63,737 nt of DNA, filler included, from Choristocarpus tenellus KU-1152 (GCA_964200185.2; 7 parts of 7 records of this genome joined end to end with filler, not necessarily neighbours in it); one strand, 5' to 3'; positions 49,701 to 63,330 are shown, counted from the first letter of the whole stretch. A program made the numbers and translations. The notes: generated by a model not told the origin, from the sequence alone.

Positions 49701-50930
49701 AGGAGTTCATAGATCTGCAGGTAGTGTGCTTTGTTCGCTTGTGAGGTTGTTGTGTTGAAGGTGCACTACATGTACAGTACAGACAAGTAACTAGTTGAAG
49801 GGGGCGTAGGGGACACTGCACAAAGAGCAGTATGGCACGAATGAGATGTAACCAGCATCTTACATGGACAGCTCTTTACAGGACAACCCTTTCCTTGCAT
49901 CCTTTCCTCCTCCCAACCCCCACTTGGTCTCTGCATCAGTCCAGAGGAAGTACCACCTCCAAATTTGTAGGAAAGACTTGTTGAGACCATGCCTATCCTC
50001 ATTTACTGAAGGACTAGGAGGAGGGGTGATATAACTGACAGGGTTGTGGTGGCAAAGGGTACCAACAGCAGGACATGGACAAGAAGCCCATTGCACTCAT
50101 ATTAAACATAGTCCTACAACGCTATCAGCCTTTAAGCTCTTACCCTGAAATACATCGCAACAGTTGGAGATGATAGGCAGTTCAAGAAGGAGTAATGTTT
50201 TGCAGGGATAATGAGTGCGCCCTATTGACTAAAGCAACACTTACACCAATGTTTACTCATTACTTTTGAATGCGTCCCCTACAGTAGTTACCCTTCAATC
50301 ATTTATTACCCTGAAGAGGCATACCACCTAAGAGAGTTGAAATATTGTGGTAGGCCTGTGCCGGGCTTGAAATATTGTGGCGAAACACGATTTCTTGAAG
50401 CCCTTTTTACCATTTTACTCTGTCCCGGATTTGGTTGAATACACAAGAATTGTTGATTTTGAAGTCTTTTTTTCATTTTTCTCTGTTCCGGATTTGGTGA
50501 CATCAAAATCACAACATTGAATAGCGACCCCAAACAGACACCTGCCACTCCCTGTAAAATGGTATGACTCTGAAGCATTACTCCCGGCATGACTCTTGCT
50601 GGACTTGTCGGTGGCCTGCTTGCCTCCTTTAAGCCCACATTACTCCTCCTCACGCCATTACTACTTTCTGGTGTGGTTCAAGACTACTTTATCATGAAAT
50701 TCTTGTCAGCATCTGTTCATGTGTTTTTGTTCACTACTCCCCTACGTTGTAGCTACCCTGGATATTGATGTCTGGTCACTTGCGTTTGTGTGCGAGATTA
50801 CTGATTCATGGCGATGTTGGTGTGCTTTTGCTGTGACCAATGCTTTGCTGAGAGGGAGCAGGAGGCATACAAGGAGAAAAGTCGAAAATGTCAGGCATGG
50901 GAGAAGGCTTATGGAAACCTTCGCAACCAG
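46712..50930 (+). CDS. HEI10: HEI10/CCNB1IP1-type RING E3 ligase (meiotic crossover factor), 3' end not resolved
   Basis: Exons 46712-46774, 48075-48257, 49118-49309, 49631-49720, 50862-50930. The spliced N-terminus RCNLCWQ|EANGACFRTLCGHLFCEAC...TCPSCG reproduces HEI10 RING spacing. It is followed by a coiled coil ending YKEKSRKCQAWEKAYGNLR, like the HEI10 EKSR..Y.xLR motif. Missed by the ORF track. Confidence 0.85.
50334..50570. mobile_element. Diverged MITE related to family B
   Basis: Right end CATCAAAATCACAACATTG..GACCCCAAACAGACA..TGACTC matches a family B end; has an internal CTCTGT.CCGGATTTGGT duplication. Confidence 0.5.
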
Positions 50931-52567
50931 GTGTCTTATTCATTCATTGATTAATCCCACCACCAGACCATTTTCTAACTCCCACATTAAAATATAATTT
51001 TTGTATGAAGACCTGGTGTACATGTCAGCAATCAATATCACGATCACAGTCATGTACCTTTCCTTTGGCAGGCTTACTACATATTGTTATAAGTCAAATT
51101 ATTGATTCAACAACAACCCAGGTTTTTCTTTTGAAGTATATATCCAGTTCCACGAACACATAAAAATTTCCTGGAATATTTTCCTACACGGCCCATATTC
51201 AATCAGAAAATGTACTTTTTTTTTGTACAAATGAAGTTATTCTTGTGATTTTAAAAGTGCAAAATATTTGTTATAGTGCTTTCCCCATGGAAAAACTTAA
51301 AGACCATTACGACATCCTTTCATTGATATTCAAAACAGGGAGCAGATGTGTCTGGGATCATTAACCCAAGTTATTCTTATAAAACATTCAACATTACCCT
51401 TCACCATGGATCACCCACAAAATATTTGCCTTCATATACCGTTGTGATTGTTACCCTTACATCCCAAAAGTGAGGCCGTAGTTGGAGTTCCTTGAGGTTG
51501 ACAAGGTTAGTATTTTGGACACTTCAGGACCTCCAATTTCTGGATTTTGCAGGAAGCAAGATGTCCATCAAAACTCTTAGTAGGCCAAGTACTCTGTTGC
51601 TAGCCATTTCATTGTTGTTCATCAATCAAGATCCTTCCTGCTCTAGGGAGCAAGTGGGCTGTGACAAAAGCTTGTGCGGAAATTGTAATGGGCGGTATGA
51701 TAGTTGATTGTTGGTTGTGCACATGGATTTTCACAGATCGGCACATTATCGATCTACAAGAATAGTCTGTATGACTTTCCCTAAACGATTTTCTTATCCC
51801 AGTGCCTTTTGCAACATATGAGCCATACTGCTCATAGATACTGCTTCAGAATGTGTTCCATGCTCAGTACTCCACGTATGTCATTATATTCATAGCTTCA
51901 AACGTACCAAAGACTGATGCCAAGACCAAGAGAGTTGGCAACATGTATGAAGAGTAATGTTTGCACAAATAAGATGGTGGCATATACACCGCATTAAGCC
52001 AATATGATGCCCTCATTTATCCTGCATTAACCTCAATACTACTAATACTATTTGTAAAATTGGTGATAATTTAGTAGTGGCATTGCTCTCTGGGTAATAT
52101 AGTTGAAGTCTGCCATTAATATTTCAAGATACAAAAGAACACTATAGTTGAGCAGTATACAGGATAAACAGCAGCACATACCATATTTGTCTGCACCCCC
52201 CCGTAATTGGGAAAACATTTCTGTTGTTCTGTTTGAAGAAGAAATTGGGGTCGCTTGAAATCACAGTATTGTAGAATCAGCTGCCCTACTTCAGATGAGG
52301 AAGTATTGACAGCCTCAGGGCCTAATGGGACTGTACACACAGAAATTTCAATCAATGTATATGCAAACATTGGATTCACTATTTTGTGGTCACTGGTTGC
52401 CTACCTGGCACCAATACATTAAGCTCAAAATGTTACACCCTATTTGATTTTGTACAATTCTAAATTGGCACCACTAAAAATGGAAGTTTCAGCAGAAGTT
52501 AGTACATGCATAGTGCCAGAGTGCAAGTGATGCAACAGAGCATTCTTACCGGAACAGATGAGCTAGT

Positions 52568-52744
52568 GGCAAAAGGTATCTTGGGAGGGAGGTGGGGATC
52601 TACACCACAGTGTCCATTTGGGCCATGAACAGGAGAAGTACGCTTGCATTATCCATCCGACGCATGCTACCAAATCACCCAAAAATCGCGACATGGAAAA
52701 ATGAATCCCCAATGGACCGCCACCACCCCCCCCCCCCCAAACAA
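52568..52744 (+). mobile_element. MITE family A copy truncated at contig end
   Basis: Family A body ending in the C-tract. Confidence 0.85.
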
Positions 52745-52844
52745 NNNNNNNNNNNNNNNNNNNNNNNNNNNNNNNNNNNNNNNNNNNNTTAATTAATTAA
52801 NNNNNNNNNNNNNNNNNNNNNNNNNNNNNNNNNNNNNNNNNNNN
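52745..52844. other. Artificial contig linker
   Basis: N44-TTAATTAATTAA-N44. Confidence 0.98.
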
Positions 52845-55434
52845 GGAGCAGGCTCTTGCACTTGGTCTGAAGACCATGGAGTGCTGTAATCCCTGCAGAA
52901 AGTTTCTTCGGAAGCTTCTCTACCGTATAATTTTTTACCGGGGAGGTTGCGCTTGCGCTCCTCCCAATGAACCAACTAGGTCGAACAAACTCGGCGAACA
53001 CACACAACAGTAGTACCAACTCACTCACCCATGCAACGCACACAACACAGCTAAGCCCGTACTTATGTTTACCACCTATCATTTTGATCTTCTTGTGATT
53101 CACTTGTGTATTCGAACATTCATGGTAGTATGCGTGTGAAATTTTTTCTCTCCCACACACTGCGGTTTCAGAGGACTGGTTGGCCTCGGTCAACAAGTTG
53201 GTTGTCTATTGCTTTCATCCTCTTGCCCTGCCGTCTTTGCCGACTGATGGAGCTCACCTACGCCATCCACCCCACCAACTTATAGTTGTCCTTGTCGCCG
53301 CCCCACCTTGCATTCATTGCAATTCTCCGCAGGGTTGATATTTCCCCACCCCTCTCCATTGCCCTTTGTAGGTAGCTGCAGCTTCTACCTTTCTTGCAAA
53401 GGTGAATCTTGTTCCACCTCTGAGCAAGTGGGTGCTCTCCCTCTGCCTAGCCATGACCATAACAATAGTAAGTAATGATAATGGATACAAACTGAGGTGC
53501 CTGCCCCCTTGCAGACAATCGATGAATCCTCCATTTTTCTTCAAGTACGAAGCCAATTAAGTGCTGGTTAAGACGTAGTGATTAGAGTCTCCTGGGGGGA
53601 GGGCTGGGATCACTTATTTCCAAGGTGTGAGAAGCAAGTTGCGAATTGGAGGTAATGGGATCACAGTCGTATTTATGATGCAACATCTATTAATGGGTAT
53701 ACTGTGGCTTTGTGGTTGAGATGGCAGCTACCTTCATCGATTACGCTGGTTTGGACCCCATGATACCAGACTTCTGTTCACGAAAATCTAGTTTCGATTA
53801 TCCACTTCCACGAGGCAAGCACACGGATCTGTGGCTATCCCACCATAACATCGGAGCAAGAAGGTCGAGGTGGAAACTTCGATGCAGGTCCAACAGAAGA
53901 TTCAAAGGAAGAGACGAGGTATTGAGAGGTGGGAAAGCTGAAAACAGAGCACAAGAAGAAAGGCAAGCATGGAGGAAAGACAATTAGTCGTAATGCAACA
54001 GCCAGTCAGTAGTTAGTATGAGAAGTGCCGTCCATGATCCCTCTGACCATAGGTTGGGATAATTCCCTAGACTATTGTGAAGCAAATATTGACCTATTCA
54101 ATACTGTAGTACGATAAGTAGTGCATTGTGCAGTAGTACCTCTGACCACGGATCGGGATACAATGCAACATGTTCCCCAAACTAAAGTGAAGACAACGTT
54201 CTTAGGACCTAGAAATAATGACTCAGTCGCAGATAGTCTCAACAATTTGGAATATAGGTATGAGAAGATCATCAATGGTGTGAAAATGATAATATAAATA
54301 CTTCGAGTATTATGACCTTTGATATCAGGTGTGTGAAAATATAAGTATGAAATAATATTCAAAAATACCCATACATCGAAGGTGGGACTCAAACCCGACA
54401 GCATACAATTGAAGGGCATATGCTACATTGTCTAAAGTACCCCAACGGGCAAACACTATGGAAGGGGGAGATGTTCATTTATATCTTCACATATGTGTTA
54501 CGACATACTCTACTACACCACATCTCAATTGTTGATGGTGGGTATGTTGCTCTAGCTACACCTTAGGCAGCCCTAAAGTAACCGTACTAGTGTGTTAACT
54601 TTGAAGCCTTAACTACTTGGTTGTATATCACTTGGAACACAGCAATGATTTCAAATCGGTTTTCCATTTTAAATTTTGTGGTACACACATCGCCACCCAG
54701 AAAACGGTTGGAGTACATGATGAGGCATTGCTACCAATACGTTATCGGAGGATGGAGGCTGGATGAGGATTAGAACTGATTCTTTGAGTTTAGCATGGGG
54801 ATTATTTGATCCGTGGTCAGAGGTACTACACCTTGCACTTATCATACTGCCAACCTCAACTGTCGGAGAATGAAAACACTAGAAAAGCGTAGCCCACATG
54901 ATGTGGGTTCTTATTCTGGATGAGGAAACCTAAATAAGAGTCTAACACGACCTCCCTAAAGATTAATAAAGCGATCCTCAATTTTGAAGAGCTTTGCTTC
55001 ACTCATCTATGTAGGGTCTAATACATGAGTCAGACCATAGCAAATTGGCGGTTATGACTCTCGCTTGATACAGAAGCAGCAATAATACTGGAGATTGGAG
55101 GGTGAGGAAGGTTGAGGTTTTGAATCAGATCCCGATGGTGAATTCTACATTTGACTAATAAACGTATGTTGATACGGATGTGGTGTTGTAAAATTATTTT
55201 TTATTGTTCGAGTTATTGGGTTTAGAGGATCGAATGTTCTGCATTTAAGCGGACTGATCTTATGGTTAAATTATTTGATTGAGTGAAGATGTGGGATGTT
55301 TTTGAAGTTACAGGTGTGTGATAGTCATCCTTGTATATGTTGCTGATGTAGGATGTGCAGTTGGTTGTAGAAAGTAAGTGTTGACTGCAATAGGTTGTAC
55401 ACGACGCTCCAGAAGTCCGACACAAGACACATGA

Positions 55435-55635
55435 GAGACAAAGTAAATGAGAGGTACCCAGGTATTGGGCGGTTTGCATTTTAAGCCTGGTTTTCAATCT
55501 TTTGAATTCCGCCCATATTTCTACGCATGAAATTCTAAGCTTGACGTGAGAACGTTATTTCTCTATTCGATTTTTTTTTACACAATTCAGCGTCCTAAGA
55601 ATGCAAATCTGTGTACCTCTCGTTTACTTTGAATC
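55435..55635 (-). mobile_element. MITE family D copy
   Basis: GAGACAAAGTAAATGAGAGGTACCCAGG ... GTACCTCTCGTTTACTTTGAATC. Confidence 0.75.
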
Positions 55636-56054
55636 TGAATCATTTTCCCACCTGATATGCAGGCAGGAGAGACCTCCGTCATTAGTTAAGTCAACACCGA
55701 TAAAATAGGAGGGTGCCAGCTTGGAACAAATACGACTCAATCTCATTACCATAAAAAATCGTTATTAGCGTTGAGGAACCATCGATTCATCAGGGCCAGA
55801 AGAAACGACGAGATTCGCTTAAGGTGGGCTCAAGAGTTGAAGACCTACAACTACATCTTGCATCCTCTCTTTCCCGTCTCATTGAACCTTGTACATTACT
55901 TGCAGGGTGGTATTCGCACCACCTGTCAAGAGTTTGACGCATGCAAACAAGTAGATTATTCTATGATAGTGTTACTAAATGGGGGCACATGAATATCTTG
56001 CGCTCCTCCCATTGCTTTGTCAATAATTCACGTATCGCAATGACTTCATGGAAT

Positions 56055-56290
56055 GAGTCGAAGTATCTTAGAGGGTAGAGCCGCGTCCATTTGGCGGCCG
56101 AATTCAAATGTTGCAATTTTGCTGTAATTCTTGCCATCATTTTGTTTGGAGATGTCAATGTCCTTTTTTCGGACACTCCTTTCCATAATGTACACATTCT
56201 ACCTACTCCGAAATATTTTGGAGTAAGTTCAATGTCGTTAAAAACCCGTGGGCAGCCAAGCCCCAAATGGACAACCAGGTAGATACTTAG
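56055..56290 (+). mobile_element. MITE family B copy with subterminal deletion
   Basis: Family B body up to CCCCAAATGGACAA, then a shortened right end. Confidence 0.85.
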
Positions 56291-56915
56291 GTAAATTTAT
56301 GTATTCATAACATTTGAGGGGGTGGAATTTTGCCACCTTATCCTCAGTTGTGATCTTTTCAGAATTTTATCGAAAATATTGTCCTAAAAGCTGTCTCAGT
56401 GGAGTCGATGTCCATTTTATGTGAAGCTGACTCATCCATGATTTGGGGTGGCATAGCTTTAGGTCGACCATTTGTGTTGCTCGTCACCAACTATCTGCAC
56501 TTTGTTCATGCCTTCTCGTGTGTTGGGTAGTTTGGGCATCCCAGCACATTTGAACTCACCTCCTCCCTCGAATCTTCCTGCGGATCAGGTTCAGTCTGCA
56601 ATGATGCAATTCACTCCTCATTTTTGACTACTTGTGGTATTGCGACAGAATGGTATAATTATTACTCCCATGAAAAGAAGTGTGGCATCGATGGTGTCCA
56701 CCCCACAAAACTCATGCAGGGAATACCCTCCTAAATCACTGAGCCTTGATAAGATAGTTCAACAGATTAGGTATACAATCAATCTATAGTGCTTGCCACG
56801 TGAACTAGTCAATACCACAGGAACCACATATCAAGTTGATACGTTTTCATGTAAAGAAATCTGACACTGAAGAGATTTGAACCCTCAGTATCAACATAGA
56901 GACCCACAGTTGATT

Positions 56916-57092
56916 GACCCAAAGTATCTGGGGGGGGGGAAGGAGTCTCCAGGGTGTCCATTTGTCCCCAAATCGAGAAAAGTGTATTTACATTATCCAT
57001 CCGACGTATGCAACCAACTCACCCCAAAATCGCGATATGAAGAAATTGACCCCAAATGGACAGCCGCCACCCCCTCCCAGATACTTAGAGCC
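56916..57092 (+). mobile_element. MITE family A copy
   Basis: Family A TIRs; ATT/ATT TSD. Confidence 0.9.
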
Positions 57093-58385
57093 ATTGTGAC
57101 ACTCATGACGAAACTCACGAGTTCGAATGCTTCAACTCAACCACACTTCAAGATGACGGATCAATTATATTTCAGCACTTTTTTATTCCAAGTCGTTCCA
57201 GGTTAACCAGTGGATCCTTTTTGGTTCGGTTCTTTTCGGGCTTTTCAACGGACTGACAGAAAACTGGAGAGACCATTCAGCCTGTACCCTGGTCCAGTTT
57301 ATCATCCCGCTGACTTCAATCTGTTGTGTAAAGACATAGCTCACCCAACTGGTCCGATCATCCTATAGTTTTTATATATATGTGGCATCTTACTTTCAAG
57401 TCTGGTGGTGAAAAGTGGCAAGTCCTACTACAATAAAATATTTCATACATACTTTTTCTGGTGAAGTGTAATTTGAGTGACTCCCCATCCCTCGCCACAG
57501 TATCTTTTATATGTTATCTACTGCAAATACTACTTTTGTGGTTTAGAAAAAGCAGTAGTAGTAGCCACAGTGTCACAGATTTCGACGGAGATTGTCAAGA
57601 CGGAGAAGTCGTACATTTAGAAATATATACGTGGTTCGAAATATTGGCAAGACAAAAAGAAAACTTGGACTCTTGTCACTGTTGACATCACCGAAAGGTG
57701 ATCTAGTTCGGTTTAGTATGAGAAGCTCTAAGCCCATCCTTCTATTTGAGACTGGTTTTCAAACATAACATGAAATATAGCATTCTACTTCTTATCAATT
57801 AATCAGGGAAAGTTCGTTGTCTCAACAAAATGAGGTCAAAAGACTGCCACCTGACCGGCAACTACGAGGTCCTCTGTAGCGACCCGGGGGCAGATAATTT
57901 GGCACTCTGAAGCTTGAGGGTGAACTCTGTGCGATCTGATCTATGTATACTTGTAACTATGACCCATCCGGTATACAACTGTCCACCACATATATGGATT
58001 TTTCCCACAGAAGGGTGATGTTAACACGTATCAACCAATGCATGTCTTGGGTCAGTTCTGATGGGTGTGACACCACTTCGGAAAACCATTGCCTCCAATA
58101 TAATTTATCGTTTTATCATAATAGGATTTCGAGGCGATTTGGAACCCTCTCATCGACATCATCGTCATGACTCCTTGCTTCACCTTTTCCTTCCCAAAAT
58201 TTGCTATTTCGATGCACTCGATTATGAATAGAGTCTTCACTGGGCCACATACATCCTCTGTATACACAATATACTATTACACTTGCTCGACAACGTAAAC
58301 ACAACAAAAAAAAACAAAAAAATATCGAACAAAACAGCTAGCAAGATGTATACTTGCCTCGCCACAATCGTAAAAACAAGGGCCA

Positions 58386-60125
58386 CTACTTGCATATATA
58401 GCCGTAGAATATGAATACAAATGAGAAGACCCACCCCAAATTGTTCAGAAAATGAAACACCTTTTCCTCAAAAAAGGACAAGTCGCGGTGTTCAGCTGAT
58501 GGCACTGTCAGGTCATGCGTTGCCTCGGCTGAATGGGGATGGTGCTCGAGTCTCTTCAAGTTCTCGGTGCAAATCAATTCCAAGGCTGAATCGCCACTGT
58601 AGGCGAAATACAGCCTGATAAATTCGTCATCAACTTGAGTGAAGAACTCAAACGCAATGGTATTCAATACCATTTCTAGCGGGTCCGGGGTGACAAAGAT
58701 GACGTAGAGATTACACAGCATGACAATGGTATCATACAATAGGCTTGTTCCGAACAGATCTGGGGAAAGGGGGGGGGGGGGGGCAAGGGGGAACAAAAAA
58801 ATTGTCAGGGCATACAAATCGTCTCCTATAGAGATGGTCTGATTCAAATGAAGAACTCAGTGTTACTGATATTATTGAAGCAGAATCATGCCAACCAGGG
58901 CAGGTAAAAGGGGTGGGGGAGGTAAACAGGGTGAATACATCTTCTTTGGTGAATACATCTTGTTGGCTTCATCTCCCTCTCCTTCCATCCTCCAAACCAG
59001 GCTTGCCTAACCCACCCTTTCCCTAATCCCAGGCGAGAAGTTCAGGTACAGTGCATCGCAGTACCGGAGAACTCTAGACTTCAATCAGAACACTTCATGC
59101 ACGGTACAACTGGCTGTGTAGAATTACTTCAGACTTTAAATAGCACTTCGTCCAAGGTAAAGCGCACGACATTAAGATTGAAATGTAGAACAGGAACAGC
59201 ATTCCGAGGAGCTTACACGACGTGGTACTGCTGTAGAACATTAGGCTTTGCACAGGGTTCCATTCAATTCGAGGCAAAACAGACAGCGGTGCAATCACCA
59301 GAGGTTGACGGCATCCCAAAGTACAAAAAAACACGCCTGCGGATCTGGTAAGAGTTTTGGCAGGCAACATACCGATTTTGCTCTCTCCACCCTGCTTACT
59401 CTTTTCCTTTCCTTGTCTCAGCGCAAGAACCATATTGAACAATCGCGCCAAAGAACAGCAAAGGGGCACATGCTCTCTCGCATCAAACAATATGCTTCGG
59501 GCGACAAACTCGAAGGCAGGAGGGGAGAAGTAAGGGTCTCATGTCCTGGACAAAGGAGGAGCATCAGAACCACACCCAGCGAATAGGTCACACAACAGTT
59601 GTGTAGGGCATTTGCAGGTTCCCTGACCCCTGATCCCTCACTCAAAGTTTCGTGTCCAAGTACCTCCGTTGCCTTTCCGAACTACTTCGACTGTGCTTTG
59701 TTTCACCATTCACACCTTCGTCCCAGGGCACCACACGACCAACAATAAACACGGCACACTACAAATCCCTAACGTTGACTCGAACATCTGGAGCTACAAA
59801 ATTCAAAAAATAAAAAAAAGAGATAAATGTAGAATTTGTTGAATATATGGAGGCGTCCGTCTGTAGAACAACGGTTGGGCGTGGATGGATGGTGCAAAAA
59901 AATTGACGAAAAGAGGTACGTTGTAGTAAACGTAATGGGGCCTTGTTTCTCAGAACGCGCTCAATGTTGCATCTACCTATCCTTGTTGCTAGACCCGAAG
60001 AGAAGGAGCAGCCGAGGTCCTTCGAAGTTGCCCCAGCGTATCGACCAGCAACGCCTGAAGCAAACCTAACTGAGTACAGGGCGGAAATCGCCGCAATGAT
60101 GAACCTCTCTGCAAGACCGCTTGTT
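58386..60125 (-). CDS. Uncharacterised multi-pass membrane protein, 3' part
   Basis: Phase-consistent exons 60125-59977, 59787-59763, 59245-59217, 58759-58386 (TAG). Hydrophobic segments FIIAAISALYSVRF, TIVMLCNLYVIFV, EMVLNTIAFEFFTQVDDEF and LGWVFSFVFIFYGYICK*. Upstream exons unresolved (candidate ~60303-60415). Confidence 0.65.
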
Positions 60126-60912
60126 CTGGAGTGCAAAGACAATGTACAAAAAAAAAAAGATGTTCAGAAAAAGACCAACTCATTCATTCCAAAAACAAAA
60201 CAAAACGATACGATACGATACGATACAAGCGATGCGAATCGAAAGAGTTGAGTTAATTTTATTTCTTTTGTGAGAATACAAACAACAAAACCGGCTCCAT
60301 ACCGCCCTTGGTATGTACTCGATTGGGTTGAACCAACCGCAAAACACCGAGAGTAGCTGGGAGCAAGTTTCTAAGCGAATCATCCGGCAAGCAAGGATGT
60401 GCACAAGAACGTTAACTGCTCGTCAAAAGGAAAGCTTTCAACTACAATCTCGATTGTATTACTGCTATTTGTACCGCTGGAGTACAGACTTGGTCGACTA
60501 AATTGAGGAGCCTGGGTTGACCTACTGTAGCGCTAGTTTATCCTCTTTTAAACCAAATCCTCCAGTATCGTATCATGTATGTGTGGAGGTGTGCTTAGAG
60601 TAGAGTTATTGCTGCAGGGCCGCACTTGTTGCTACAGAACAAGGGATGCATTTGATGTCATGTAAGCTTGCCATCCCATTGTCAAATTCGTAATCAAGTG
60701 ACAATAACATACTTGCAACAACCAAGTTGGAAGGAAAAAACTACCAAAAAAATATCTTCAACATGGTAACAATTCTTGAAGAGGTTCAACAATGACCCAT
60801 GTAAGTATCACGCTATTTGTTAACTCGTGCGCCTTCCACACAGGGACAAATCACCCCCCCCACCCCCCCCAACCCCCCTACATTGCATCTCCTAGACACA
60901 CACTTCCTTTCT

Positions 60913-61012
60913 NNNNNNNNNNNNNNNNNNNNNNNNNNNNNNNNNNNNNNNNNNNNTTAATTAATTAANNNNNNNNNNNNNNNNNNNNNNNNNNNNNNNN
61001 NNNNNNNNNNNN
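60913..61012. other. Artificial contig linker
   Basis: N44-TTAATTAATTAA-N44. Confidence 0.98.
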
Positions 61013-61074
61013 CACCCACGCACAAAAAAAAAAAAAAACAACAAAAAAAAGAACCAAACCCACGAAGAAGGAAA

Positions 61075-61120
<46 letters not shown>

Positions 61121-63330
61121 CGGCTCTACCCTGCCTGTGCTCTTGGGATGCACTTCGTGGCATTTGGGGGAGCCAACTGACTTTTATCTTGTGCATTTGA
61201 GGAGTATATTCTGTTGTGTGGAAGTAACCATAAAGCAAGTGTGTAACGCACTGGAACTTTTGAGGACCACCTCTTACTGCTACGGCAGTGCACAAAAAAA
61301 CGTCAAAATCATTGAGAGTATAGGAGTGTGTTCCTTAGCAAGCAAATGACCTCTTGTCTGATAGTAATGTGGCTGGGGGGAAGGAAGGTGGTTACAGGCT
61401 CGATCCTCTCTGCCCATGCCTGAGAGAGGTGTCTTCTTAGTGTATCAGCCGTACTCTTCACCCATCTATCTTCCCCACTCCTTCTTCAGCATGGTGCAAG
61501 GATGTCATGGTATGTGGATATGGAGCACTCTTTACCTGTGTTGATTGTGTGTGGTTATCTATTGCGTTGAAGAAACTTGGAGGCTTTTTATTGATACCTT
61601 TTTTGTCTCCTTTTTTCGTTTTTTGTTGGTGCTTAGAATTCCCAGGACACACAGGACAGGTTTAATGCGACATTGCTGTAGCAGTACCATGAATCAATTG
61701 AGTCTCCTCTAGTACTAATACACACTATTTCTCAGGGCAATTGCTGCAGCTGCTCGGTCCCTCCTCCTGAAACGATGCAACGCGATCAACCATGACTGGC
61801 TGCACTGCTAATGATGCTGTACATGTAATTCATGTGTGTGCTGGGTAGGTTCCCAGGTTTAAGTTTGTTGTATTTCGAGATGCCACTGTTCCACTGGGGT
61901 GGTAGCAGACGGTGACACAATTAGTTACCCTGGTGGAACAATAATAGTGTTGTATCTCAATATTTGAAAATATAAACTGTTTTGAAGGTATTGCATAATA
62001 GGGAGTGGTGTGATGCAATTATGTAGGTATGTTTTCGTCTCAAGTGTTACGAGCATAGGTAACATAATGAGAGTTGAAGGTTCTGTTGTCCAAGCATAGG
62101 TGTGGAACGGTCTTCATAAGATACAGTAGTACCAGGATGATGTATTTCTTTGTTTTGAAGTAAGAAGCAAGAAACATACGCCTTCCTACATTTAACAGTT
62201 CTTTTGTAAGGTAAATGTTTGATGTAATATCAGGGGAAGGAGAAGGAAAGAGCTTAGGTCTAAGGCTATTACAGGACAAACTCAACATATTTTGCAACAA
62301 ATAATATACATACACCTCCTTCAACGACGATTTCTTTTGTACAATTCTTCGTTGATCACCACCTTCGTTGGTTACGTTGTATGGATGGGTGTGTCGTACT
62401 AAGTACAACATGCAAACAAAAAGGTTCCCATCATTTCCTGAACAGGAAGGCAAGAACGGACTGGTGTGATAAATTGTGGCATTGAATATATTTTTCGATA
62501 CGCATACGCCGCATCCAGTGCGGGGTTGAAGAAATATAGTGTTTCAAGAAATCAGTAAGTTAATATTGTTGGCAAACTTCAGAAAAAAATCCTCACACTA
62601 ACGCCACTGTAGAATTGATCGTGATACAATTGTCAGGGACAGGTTCCTTTTTTGGGATCTCCGACACACACCTTATGCATAAGACGCGCGGTCAGATAAA
62701 TTGCGCGCGCCAAACACGTCAGTTGAGCTCATCCATACCGACTAGTCCAAAGAAACAATCATCTTCATGAGATCCGGATTTGGCCAAACAGCCAAAATGG
62801 ATCCTCAGAACGAAGAACCATTCCGATTCTGACAAATCCATTTCTTTGCAGTGACATTGCTCAGTCATTCTGGAAACATACGTCATGTTCTGAAAAAGGT
62901 GTTCTGTACTGGATTTACTGATCTGTTACGAGATTAGAGCCAAGACCTTGAAACTCGGTCTTACCCTCTGAGGTGAAGGAGTTTCGTTCCGGTGATTGTG
63001 ATTGCCCCCTTGAGCAGAGAACTTGGCACCTCTGACACTTTCACACAATTTTAAATTCCCAATTTAGTGAAGTCTGTAGTGTTACAGTATTAGAATAGTA
63101 GTGAGGACTTCGAAGTACTTCATACTAGCTATATATTGGAATAATATTAAAATACTACTTTAACTTCTTACTATCGATACTTACTGTAATAAGGAAAGCA
63201 CAGTATTACACCTATACATTTAATATTTGTCCGAATAAAAAGTGAGCGATTATATAATTAGGATATCTCTTACGCCATATAATCTTGGGGCAATTTTCTT
63301 TCGATCTTAATTTTTACGAATAATATCGAT

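Noticed and set aside
53000-53560. Tc1-like transposase N-terminus on the minus strand
   Set aside because: Fragmentary basic/HTH-like frames only; no catalytic motif seen.
61075-61120. Poly-Gly/poly-Pro ORFs or G-quadruplex from long G runs (also 43773-43830)
   Set aside because: Homopolymers at contig ends, likely inflated by sequencing or assembly error.
61125-62450. Minus-strand spliced gene in the last contig
   Set aside because: Some AG/GT-bounded segments exist, but I could not chain them into a consistent, recognisable protein.
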